DNA of 64,000 nucleotides from assembly GCA_905178155.1 (NCBI GenBank), contig CAJINV010000023.1:393610-457609 (forward strand). Reading direction: 5' to 3'. The notes under the pieces are model-generated. The model was not told the DNA's origin and ran no database searches. It saw nothing but the letters and a program-made list of their open reading frames with translations. This DNA comes from Amoebophrya sp. A120. Its lineage: Eukaryota > Protista > Dinoflagellata. The position numbers and the translations under genes are program-made. Below are positions 47,026-57,879 of the stretch, piece after piece; position 1 is the first letter of the stretch; each line of letters begins with the position of its first letter.

Positions 47026-50000
47026 ATGGGGCCGCCTCGTCCGCGGCCTCGTGTGGCGGTGCTATTTCATGGTCTTTTCCACCTTGTGCTCAAGGAGGCG
47101 CCGGACCCGGATGGTCTCCGCGGTCTCGCGTTAACCCCTGGCATGTTGCGCGATGTTGCAAGGCGCGTCCGGCGCTTTGTAATCGAGCCAAACCAGGAAG
47201 TATCAAATGCAAAAGTGTCTGGGTCTGGGAGGTTGCCAGGTTTGTCATGCATATTTTGCGTGACTCAGGATGTCTGTAATGCATGATCTAGCAGGACATA
47301 TTTTTAGAGGCCTTCCTGATGCCTATCCCGCATGACAAATGCCCTCCTCGCGTAGTACAAACTAGGCTCCTCTTGCTGGTCATGCAATACATAATTTTTT
47401 AGAGTCCACAGTTAGCATCACAAGTTCTAACCTTCCAGACCCAGACATATTTGCAATGCATAGGAAGACTTCGCATTTGACATTTTTGCCTCGACGTGGA
47501 GCTGTATCAAATGTAAAAATGTCTGGGTCTGGAAGAATGCAACTTGTGATGCTGCCTTTCGATTCCAAAAAAATCTGTATTGCTTGAGCAGCAAAGGGAA
47601 TTTAATTTTTGCTACGCGGAGAGGGCATTTCTCATGCGGAATAGGCATCAAGAAGCCCTCAAAAAATCTGTGATGCTAAGGCACGCATCACAGACGTCAT
47701 GGCTCATGCAAAACGTGCATGACAAGTCTCAAAATTTTCCAGACCCAGACATTTTTACATTTGATAAGCTGGGAGTCAACGTCAATAACCTCGGCGAAAA
47801 TATTCAAAGACTACCCAACTCCATCAAGTGGGGCTCTGCCAGCCTGGATGACAGAGGAAACTGCACACAACGGCAGCACCACAGCCACAGCTCCGAAGAT
47901 GTTGAACGGGACATCAGCTGCGACGGAGGGACTTTTGCGGCAGATCTTCTCGGAGGCATTTCTACAACAACCTCCGAAGGGGGCTGATCATGAGCAGGAC
48001 GATGAACAAGGGAACCCCAAAGTTGTTCTATCGAGCTCGAAGGCCGCCGCGGCCACCTCCTCCGGGAAAAACTATAATTCCAGCATGATCAATCTGGTTG
48101 ATATCTCTGTCGCGCCCTATCCGCGGGAGTATCTTGGGCGGAAAAAAGTGCACAGTCCCCTGTATCAAATGCAAATTTGTCTGGGTCTGGAAGAACGCAG
48201 ATTTTTGTCATGCTCATTTTGCATGACACAGAAGGTCTGTCATGGAAGCTTTAGAATTACAGATTTCGCTGCCTATGCATGAGAGATTCGCGTGTGTTGT
48301 GAAATGCGCATCACAAGTTCGCATCCTTCCCGGCCCAGACATATTTGCAATGCAGACCCTGCTGGACCGGTTTATGCTTCTGGAAAACTACATGCGTCCG
48401 GGTCAGATCATCTCGCTGGCAAGAGGGGTGGCCATGATGGAAAGGCACATAATGAAGAAGAAGAAGATGGACCTGCAAGATGATGAGCCAGGTAGTGTTC
48501 TGGCACGACCACCAGGGTTTGCAACTACAACAGCATCCAGTAGCCGCCAAGACTACTACGATTTTGTGCTGGCGACGCGATTCGATCAGGTTTTTTATCG
48601 CCCTTTCCGGTTGAGTATGAACTGCAAGAGCAACATACTAGGAGTCATTGCATCACAAATTGGCTGACGAGCATTTACAAATACAAATGAAATTTGTATT
48701 TATGCCGTTTTACCTGCTTACTAAGGAGATTTTTCATGCATAACAGCAATTGCGATGAGTGCGATACTACTTTTGCAGTAGAGCATATTGAGTCATTTGT
48801 CCAAGGAGTTTTTCTACGTCTCAAACTGGTGCGACTTTGACTCAAAGTGGACCAGCAGTACTAGTGGTCGCAGAAAGACGAACTCTGCTTCAGAAGGTGA
48901 CGCTGTTCCCCTGCAAGAAGAACTACCAGAACGACACACTTCCGCACAACTAATAGAGGACCACGAAAAGGAACTGCCGCAACTGGAAATTTTTCCGGCC
49001 ACGGGCCCGCCGTCTCGTTTTGAGCGGGCCTGGGTGGGCGTGCCAGACACCTACTTATTGGCGTCGTGGGACAAAATGAAGAAATTTGTCTCCAACTTTT
49101 TCTCCGACCTATGAACTGCAAAATCTGTATCGTACTCGTAGTCGTACTAATCCATTGCAGTTATGCATTACAAATCTTTCGCTTGAGGTAAATCCGCATT
49201 ACAAAGTTTTTTTCTCATGCTGATTGAATTTGTAATGCGTTTCTACGAGTACGATACTTTTGCCATTCATATGACCTTTTCGCCGGCAAATTTTCCTCCT
49301 GGACCGCGAACCATATGACCCGCTCAAACGTTACAATCTCAAACGTTACAATAGAATCTGAGATTTGTCTTGCATGATCAACATGACAGACTCGCAGAGC
49401 GTTCTACTTTCTGCAATACAAATTTCGCCAGATTGTAGTGGGGTTTGGGGCTCCGGAACTTGTCATGCGCAATCCTACAAGAGTTTGCTAGATCAAGCAA
49501 TTCTGCATCACAGATTTCCATATTCTATTGTAACAGTTGAGATTGTAACAGCTGAGCGCGTTATAAACCACGGAACGGTTTTCTCCCGGCTGGCCCTTTT
49601 GGAGCTGAAGGTCGCTCGGTACCAAGTTTTCGAGTTCGATAATCTCGTCTACCGCCACCATTATTTTCTGTATCACGGACTACGAAAACTACAACTGTCG
49701 CATGATGAAAGAAGTACTAAACAAGCAACAAACGATATCCTGAGAAAAGACGTCTTGTTCACCCTAGAGTTGCAATGCAAATCTGCATGCCGAAAAAGTT
49801 TCTCATGCGGAGCCCCATGAAAAGCATTTTCTAGTCCAGTTTTGGAATTTGTCATGCTAGAATCAGCATTATGTGCTAGATCTGTGATGCTGCTGAACTA
49901 GCTAAACAGGACTACACAACTATAATGAGGGGAAAACTGTCATGCGAAACAACCAAAGCTGGCTGATTTGTCTAGCAGATTTCCCATCTTGACTATGGTG

Positions 50001-51233
50001 TGGGGACGTTTATTTTCCACAGGATAAACGACACGCACGGGCAAGAAGATGCGACCACCACTTTCAACGGCATTAACCCCTTTGCCGGGGATTTGCCTGG
50101 AGACCCAGACCCCCCACATTTCGCCACAAGTAGACTTCAACATTTTTTCCCGGGCGGGGCGAGGAATGCAACTCCGTCGGCCCACCGCGGGTCTTCAACC
50201 CTTTCGGCTCTTACGCAGAGAGCAGATGAAAGAACAGTCAGTTCCTCAGGACGTGAGATGGTGACCACGGAGCACAGCACTGCTCTCGAAGAAGAAGAAC
50301 GGACACCGGCCAAGCATGAAGTAAAGGCCGCCGAGAAAAGGAGAGCACGACTGCACAACAGTTTAGTGCAAGCCTCTGGCTTCTTCAATAAACTTGTGCG
50401 CGGCCGGCGGTTGTTTCGCGACGGACGCGGCGTTCGGAGATTTTCGCCCTACTGGCCCGGGTATGTGTTTTCAAAGTGCGGAAGAACAAGAACGGAAGAT
50501 GCCGCACGAGAACCGGAAAGTTTAATCTCTGAACTCAAGAATGAACAAGTAGTTGATGATATGCAAGAAAAAAACTGTGTAAGTGTAACTCTGTAATGCA
50601 GAATATGCAACAGAGTTACGCCTGTCATGCCAGACAGCCATGATGTCCTCTTTTCATGTGTGTTTTCCCTTACAAGCCGTGCATAACAGATTTTCTCTGT
50701 CATGTAGAGCAAATTTGTGATGCTGGCAACCAAAGAAAGTTACACTAACACAGTTTTTTTCTTGGATAGATGATGTACAACCACCTGCAGCAAGAAATCA
50801 TAAACCAGATGGAAAAATCATTCAGCGCCTGGAATACGTTATCAAATGTAAAAATGTCTGGGTCTGGAAGAGAGCACTTTTGTCATGCTTGTCTGGCATG
50901 ACTCTCAAATCTGTCATGCACGTTACTTACCCAAGAGCACAGTTTTTCTGTCATGCAGAAACGCAGTCTGTCATGCAGAATAGGCATCACCTAGAAGCTC
51001 AGAAACTTGTCATGCTGAGCCAGCACTTGTGGCCTCCTCATGATACGCCACCCAGCATCACAAGTTTCCAGACCCAGACATTTTTACATTTGATATACGT
51101 GGACCGTCTCTACCACAGCGACATTGCTGTGCCGGAGTCCCTCGCTTTGTCAGGTCTGCAGTTGAAAGAGTTTTTGTCGAGGAGTATGAAGATCGAGCAG
51201 CAGGAAGACCAGGACCACAGAATCATGTTATAA
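47026..51233 (+). CDS. Glycosyltransferase-like protein (same broad motif set as the 26996 gene); 9 introners
   Basis: Spliced RVAVLFHG..FVIEPNQE|DFAFDIFASTWS, YYDFVLATRFDQVF, GVPDTYLLASWDKM; TAA at 51231-51233. Confidence 0.7.
47201..47462. mobile_element. Introner family A
   Basis: Repeat ggaag. Confidence 0.9.
47505..47766. mobile_element. Introner family A
   Basis: Repeat agctg. Confidence 0.9.
48163..48356. mobile_element. Introner family A, internally shortened (right end AGA)
   Basis: Repeat ccctg. Confidence 0.8.
48616..48787. mobile_element. Introner family B
   Basis: Repeat ttgag. Confidence 0.8.
49110..49271. mobile_element. Introner family B
   Basis: Repeat cgacc/tgacc. Confidence 0.85.
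49314..49565. mobile_element. Introner family J
   Basis: Repeat aacca. Confidence 0.85.
49736..50026. mobile_element. Introner family K
   Basis: Repeat aacga. Confidence 0.85.
50560..50768. mobile_element. Introner family D
   Basis: Repeat gatga. Confidence 0.9.
50840..51095. mobile_element. Introner family A
   Basis: Repeat tacgt. Confidence 0.9.
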
Positions 51234-54200
51234 TGCCTTCGCTCTCGTCTTGCAGCAGCCTGCCTTCAAAGTGCGACCGTGCGGTGTCCGCTGGACTCAG
51301 CAAAGTCGCTTGCCTCACGATACTGCGCAGCGTAACTTTTCCACACTGCGGCCAGCTGGAAGGGGAAGAAGTAGCCAATGATCCGGCGTCTGCGACGGAG
51401 GATGAAAATATAAATGAGGCACTGCGTTCAAAAATATTCCCCGTGGCCTCTTCCATGATTGCTGTTGTGCATCCAGCACTTCGCCCGCAGGGCTCCTGTG
51501 CACCGGCCAGCGAGGAAAGTAACGGCGCCGCCTGCTATATGCAAGAAAAAACAAACTATGTGAGTGTAAGTCTGTGATGCAGAAAGTGCAAAACTGTTAC
51601 ACTTGTCATGCTGGGTCTGCGTCAGAGGCTACTTTCACACGTGTTTCCACGTGCTAGCTGCGCATGACAGGTTTTCCCTGCAATGCAAAGCGAGTTGTGA
51701 TGCTATTCTCGCTACAGAGTTACACTTACACAGTTTTTTCCTGGATATGCTATGATCAACATGTTGGGCGTGACGGTAGTATAGCTGTCCCGTGGCGCAT
51801 CGAGGTTTCTCCTCGTTCACCAAGTACCGACTTCTGGACAAGCCGTGGTCAATTACACAGCAGCCTGTTATCAGTGTTAAGATTGCAAAGCTTTCTCCGA
51901 ACAAGGGCTTTGAGAAACCAAACCGCGACGCTAGCGCTGGCACCTCTCTATCAACTGCAAAAATGTCTGGGTCTGGAACAAAGCAACTTGTCATGCTGTT
52001 TTTGGACTCGAAAAGAATTTGTATTGCATGACCAGCAAGAGGGGTACAATCTGTGCTACACGGACAGGGCATTTCTCACGCGGAAGGTGCATCTGAAAGC
52101 CCTCTAAAAGTCTGCGATGCTAGGTCATGCATTACAGGCATCAGGGGTCATGAGAAATATGCATGACAGACCTTGCATTCTTCCGGACCCAGACAACATT
52201 TTTGCATTTGATACTCAGTTCGAGCCTGCAGCTGTGCGGCCTACAATTACAACTCGTGGCAGCTTTTATGGTTTCCGCGCAGATGAAGTCGACGAGGGGG
52301 CCAATGAGAACGTGAAGATGCTGGTGAACGCTTCTACTACACAAAGTTTTAAAATAGGGCACAACTCCGTTGAAAATTATGCGCAACAACTCCTGCAGCC
52401 GGCTCCTCCTCTTTTCCTTACCAATCTGGCCACACCGCACCACTGGGCTCTCACGACCTTTTCACTGACGGAGTACTTCCCGTTTTTGTCGGTGGAGTAT
52501 TTTGTTCTGGTGGAACTAGTAGGCGCCATAGTAGAGCACGTGTGGTACCGTCCAGCTCATCCCTTCAAAATGGTGGAGGGATCATGCGAAGCACAGGAGG
52601 AAGACGCGACGGTGACGACGACGAGACGAGCCCCTGCTGGGCATGATGAGGTAGATCTTCAAGGAATAAATTTCACCGCCCGGCGTGGTCGGCCACGGCG
52701 GTCGGTTATCAAAAGCAAAAATCCCCCCTCCCCATATCGAAAAGGTATGTTTCCGAAAATTTGTGCTGCTGATTTGAGGTCTCAAATCGCATTTGTATTG
52801 CAAGAAGACAAGGGCAGAAGCTTCCGCCCCACTATGGAAGCGATTTGTCATGCTGCTGGGTCTAAAGGGGAGCCGCTTGCCATGCTGAACAACTAGACGC
52901 ATACGCCCCTACCTAGCCTGGGGATCTGACTGCAATGCTTTCCTGCAATACAAACCTGATTTGTGTACTCAAATCCAGCGTCAGACATTTCCTTTCGATA
53001 TGGGGAGGGGGGATTTTTCATTTTGATATCGGTAGCTTCTTACTCTTTCATCGCCCAGCAGCTACTTCGCTTGCTTATCGACTGTGCAAAAGTATCAGTT
53101 ACTCGTACTACTTGCAGACATGCATGACAAATCGCCTTCCTTAGCTAAAACAGCATTACAAATTTCGTCTGTCATGCAGCTAAGGAAATTTGTATTTATG
53201 CAATTTATACGTGGAAGTCCGATGCTTTTGCTTTTCATATTGCTTTTTCCAGAACAACTCAGCCAGGCAGAATTCGCTTGTTTCTACAGCGTATCAACTG
53301 TAAAAATGTCTGGGTCTGGAAGATTGCCAGGTTTGTCATGCATATTTCTCATGATCCACGATGCCTGTAATGCATGACCTAGCATCACAGACTTTTAGAG
53401 GGCTTCCTGATGCACCTTTCGCATGAGAAATGCCCTCTCCGTGTAACACAAACCGGACCTCTCTTTCTGGTCATGCAATACAAATTTTTTTAGAGTCCAA
53501 AATCAGCATGACAAGTTGCATTCTTCCAGACCCAGACATTTTTAAATTTGATACAGCGGCGAGGTGGCTCTTCAACAAGGTTCAACGAGGACTACAGACG
53601 TGGACAACGCTGCATATGGCGTTCTCAAATGTTACACTCTCGAACGGTTACATGGATTTGTCATGCAAAACTAGCTGAAGCCGCTACATAATCAAGCGGC
53701 TACGCATGACAAATTTCCGGAGGGCTAAAGAGCATGTAAATATGTGCGGAATTTGTAATGCAAAAGGAGCAATCTTCCCCCTTTCACTTTTGCCGTTCTT
53801 GCATTACAAAGTCGCGTACCTGTTGAGAATGTAACATTTCAGAACTCCATACTGCAGAGCCTTGGAGTTTGGCTCTTCAACAAGGTTCAACGAGGACTAC
53901 CGACGTGGATTTCATAAGACCCAACCAGGGAGACGCGACGGTGACGACGACGAGACGAGCCCCTGCTGGGCATGATGAGGTAGATCTTCAAGGAATAAAT
54001 TTCACCGCCCGGCGTGGTCGGCCACGGCGGTCGGTTATCAAAAGCAAAAATCCCCCCTCCCCATATCGAAAAGGTATGTTTCCGAAAATTTGTGCTGCTG
54101 ATTTGAGGTCTCAAATCGCATTTGTATTGCAAGAAGACAAGGGCAGAAGCTTCCGCCCCACTATGGAAGCGATTTGTCATGCTGCTGGGTCTAAAGGGGA

Positions 54201-56150
54201 GCCGCTTGCCATGCTGAACAACTAGACGCATACGCCCCTACCTAGCCTGGGGATCTGACTGCAATGCTTTCCTGCAATACAAACCTGATTTGTGTACTCA
54301 AATCCAGCGTCAGACATTTCCTTTCGATATGGGGAGGGGGGATTTTTCATTTTGATATCGGTAGCTTCTTACTCTTTCATCGCCCAGCAGCTACTTCGCT
54401 TGCTTATCGACTGTGCAAAAGTATCAGTTACTCGTACTACTTGCAGACATGCATGACAAATCGCCTTCCTTAGCTAAAACAGCATTACAAATTTCGTCTG
54501 TCATGCAGCTAAGGAAATTTGTATTTATGCAATTTATACGTAGAAGTCCGATGCTTTTGCTTTTCATATTGCTTTTTCCAGAACAACTCAGCCAGGCAGA
54601 ATTCGCTTGTTTCTACACAGGCGAGGTGGCTCTTCAACAAGGTTCAACGAGGACTACCGACGTGGACAACGCTGAAGTAGAGCCTTGGTATCCCAAGAAA
54701 AAAGTGTTACAACAGTTACTTACACATTGTGTTGCAGGCCAAGCAAGACAAACCAGCTCTGTCATGCCGGATACGCATAGAAGCCTCGTTTCATAGGTGT
54801 TTTCCCGTAGGATTTCTGCATGACAAGTTTTCTCTCTCATGCCGAGAAATTTGTGTTGCTGAATTGACTACAAATGTGTAACTGTAACACTTTTTTCCTG
54901 GCATACTTGGAGTTTGGTTATCCTTACCAACGAGGAGCAGCGGTTAGAACGGCTCAAAGTAGGTGGTACGTCAAAGCAAGTGCTGAAGAAGCGCGGCGCA
55001 CGACCAGAATTGTTGTTTTCAACAAGGCCACCTAGAGAGTCCGTCAAACGGGCGGTCGTGTATGAATTGCAAAAGCATCGTACTAGTATGAATCCCATGA
55101 CAAATTAGCGCAGCATGAGAAATACAATTTGTCATGCTGATTTACCTTGGGATGGAGATTTGTAATGCATGACTGCGATTACTACGAGTACGATACTTTT
55201 GCACAGGATATCGTGCTCGTGATGCCAAAACGACCGATGACATCAAAGGGTGTTATCAAATGCAAACATGTCTGGGTCTGGAAGGTTGCAACTTGTGATG
55301 CTGTCTTTGGAAGGTAAAAAAGATCTTTATTGCATGACCAGCGAGAGGAGTTCAGTTTGTGCTACGCGGAGTGGGCGTTTCTCATGCGGAATACGCATCA
55401 GAAGGCCCCTTATTAAAAATCTGTGATGCTAGGTAATGCATTACAGACATCCTGGGTCATGCAAAATATGCGTCGCAAACCTGGCAACCTTCCAGACCCA
55501 GACATTTTTACATTTGATAGGTGTGGAAGGTGAGCAAAAAAGGATCATGCGACGAGGAGGACACAACGACGGCACAAGAGGAACTCCTATCAAATGCAAA
55601 CATCTTCCCTGGATGTCTGGAAGGAGGTAAGGTCTGTCATGCTTGTCTGGCATGAGTAAAGAGTTTGTGATGCGTGTCCAAGAAAAGACGTTCTCGTTTG
55701 TCATGCAAAAACGCAGTTTGTCACGCGAGAAACGCAACACAAAGCCGCGCAAATATTTCTCATGCTTGGCTGTGCATTACTACAGAGCATTCATTATTCA
55801 CAGTTCAGCATTACAAGTTTCCAGACATCCAGGGATATTTGCAGTTGATAACTCCTAGCGATGACGTGCTTGCTGAAGACGAGGAAGAAGAAGCTCGACA
55901 AGCTCGCACTTTCTTTGCGAAGGAGCCGGGATTCCTTGCGACCTGGCACGTATCCTGTGCAAAAGTATCGCACTCGCATTGCAGTCATGCATTACAAATC
56001 TTTTTCTTAAGGTAAATCCGCATTGCAAATTTTATTGCTTATGCTGAGGAAATTTGTAATGCATTTATATATACGAGTGCGATACTTTTGCAGTTCATAG
56101 CACATCGCTAGTGGCGAAGATGATAACCGCAGCGGGGCGACGCCCAGCTG
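51233..56150 (+). CDS. Uncharacterised protein with an in-frame internal duplication; 3' end disrupted (possible pseudogene)
   Basis: Exons join in frame across 13 elements, including the duplicated block. The next element (56151) is truncated by a rearrangement. LFLTNLATPHHW is only weakly GT61-like. Confidence 0.5.
51538..51747. mobile_element. Introner family D
   Basis: Repeat tgcta. Confidence 0.85.
51949..52213. mobile_element. Introner family A
   Basis: Repeat ctctc/ctcag. Confidence 0.8.
52707..53028. mobile_element. Introner family E
   Basis: Repeat tcggt. Confidence 0.9.
53076..53239. mobile_element. Introner family B
   Basis: Repeat ttgct. Confidence 0.85.
53292..53553. mobile_element. 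Introner family A (site empty near 54620)
   Basis: Repeat cagcg. Confidence 0.9.
53615..53851. mobile_element. Introner family F (site empty near 54675)
   Basis: Repeat ctgca. Confidence 0.85.
54036..54357. mobile_element. Introner family E (duplicate of 52707-53028)
   Basis: Repeat tcggt. Confidence 0.9.
54405..54568. mobile_element. Introner family B (duplicate of 53076-53239)
   Basis: Repeat ttgct. Confidence 0.85.
54689..54905. mobile_element. Introner family G (site empty at 53861-53865)
   Basis: Repeat cttgg. Confidence 0.85.
55061..55210. mobile_element. Introner family B
   Basis: Repeat tcgtg. Confidence 0.9.
55254..55519. mobile_element. Introner family A
   Basis: Repeat ggtgt. 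Confidence 0.9.
55588..55850. mobile_element. Introner family A variant
   Basis: Repeat actcc. Confidence 0.85.
55951..56099. mobile_element. Introner family B
   Basis: Repeat gcacg/gcaca. Confidence 0.85.
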
Positions 56151-56282
56151 TATCGAATGCAACAGCATCGTACTAGAATAAATTGCATTACAAATGAAAT
56201 TTGTAATGCTGTTTTATTAACTTAGGAATGAGATTTGTCATGCATAACAGCAATTACTACGTGTACGATGCTTTTGCACAGG
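56151..56282. mobile_element. Introner family B missing its terminal ATA (rearrangement junction)
   Basis: ..cttttgcacagg runs directly into tggctcttcaacaagg. Confidence 0.75.
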
Positions 56283-56398
56283 TGGCTCTTCAACAAGGTT
56301 CAACGAGGACTACAGACGTGGATTTCATAAGACCCAACCAGGGAGACGCGACGGTGACGACGACGAGACGAGCCCCTGCTGGGCATGATTAGGGCGGG

Positions 56399-57217
56399 AA
56401 AATTGGCAAATCACATCAATTTTTTAGGCGCACCCTTGTGGGGGGTCGAAAGCCTTTCTTTGTGGAGGACTTAACTTCTTGAAAGTCGGCACGCGTAGCC
56501 CGTCCCTTCGTCTGCTCCACGAGAAACACAGTAGCTCGACTTTCGAAGGGCCTCAAGAACAAGACCTGAAAGATGCGGCAGCGCCTTCGTGCTGTGCATT
56601 GTCGCTCAGACCGCCCGGCGATGTTTGATAGGCCAGCCTATCGAAAAAAGGTCGGGCCGCCTCCGGGACTGGAGCCCGACAAGGCCCGGCGCTGGGAGAA
56701 GGAGACCCGGCAAGGGGGGGTGCTCAGGGGGGTGCGTTTTTGCCCCATTCCGCCGCCCCTTCCAAGCACCTCCTCTCGCCGATTTTTGTACGGCCTAAAG
56801 TAACCCCCTAAACCCCATTAGAAACTGCGGATTTGAGGTGTACGGAAATGGTAGCCTAGCGAAAGCCCCTGCCGACCCCCTTCACCCCCCCACTTCGACA
56901 CCCTCCGGAAGCACCCGACTGTTCGCAGGTCCGCATTCTCATTGCCCAGCTGTAGAGGGACAATAAGAAGATCGGTGGGCGCTTCCAGAATTGAATGCGG
57001 GGGCGGGGTTACTGCTGTCCGTTGCCGAACGACGCTTCCCGGAATAATTCTAGAAAAATACTACCCATGAATCCTGGAAAAGACTAGGCCTGGCGGGGGA
57101 CACTGGCGACGAAGAGCAGAGGCGCTGTGCATGACCAAGAGAAACAGGCGAAGTGCGTGCACCTCCACAAAACTACTTTCTTTTGCCCATAAAAATTTGA
57201 TGTGATTTGCCATTTTT
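56399..57217. mobile_element. MITE-like element with about 28-bp inverted repeats
   Basis: aaaattggcaaatcacatcaatttttta (left) versus taaaaatttgatgtgatttgccatttt (right); no clear TSD. Confidence 0.55.
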
Positions 57218-57298
57218 TGTTTCTACAGCGTATCCTGAGTAAATTTCCTGGGTTTAGGGTTTACAAATGTGTAACTGTAACACTTTTTTCCTGGCATA

Positions 57299-57852
57299 CT
57301 TGGAGTTTGGTTATCCTTACCAACGAGAACCAGCGGTTAGAACAGCTCAAAGTAGGTGGCACGTCAGAGCAAGTGCTGAACAAGCGCGGCACACGACCAG
57401 AATTGTTGTTTTCAAGGCCCCACAGAGAGTCCGTCAAACGGGTAGTCGTGCTAGGGATGCCAAAACAACCGTTGACATCGAAGGGAGTGGAAGGTGAGCA
57501 AAAAAGGATCATGCGACGAGGAGAAAGAACCACTTATGGCACAAGAGGAACTCCTAGCGATGACGTGCTTGCTGAGCAAGAGGAAGAAGAAGCTCGACAA
57601 GCTCGCACTTTCTTTGCGAAGGAGCCCGAATTCCTTGCGACCTGGCAAGTTGCTAGTGGCGAAGATGATAATCGCAGCGGCAGCACGACGCCCAGCTGGA
57701 CCCCATGCGGATTCGTTGCTGGACAAAGTACTAGAGACAGCATGGGAGGCGCTGCAGCGCTTTACGGCTTTGTGAATCGGCGCTGGCCTTTTGTCAATTT
57801 GATGGACAAAAAGCATCCCTGGCGCGTTCGAGAGGATTGCGTTGTTTCGTAA
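57299..57852 (+). pseudogene. Paralogous copy of the exons at 54906-56150 lacking five introners and extending to a stop codon
   Basis: Direct alignment: WSLVILTNE..RESVKR..GVEGEQKRIMRRG..DDVLAE..FFAKEP..ASGEDDNRSG is contiguous here and interrupted in the other copy. Confidence 0.7.
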
Positions 57853-57879
57853 GCAGAACTTTTGCTGTTCGCGAATATT

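Larger units (their letters stand above)
52602..54617 (+). repeat. Near-identical 687-bp segmental duplication (52602-53288 = 53931-54617)
   Basis: Offset 1329 bp; includes two introners; one mismatch noticed. Confidence 0.9.
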
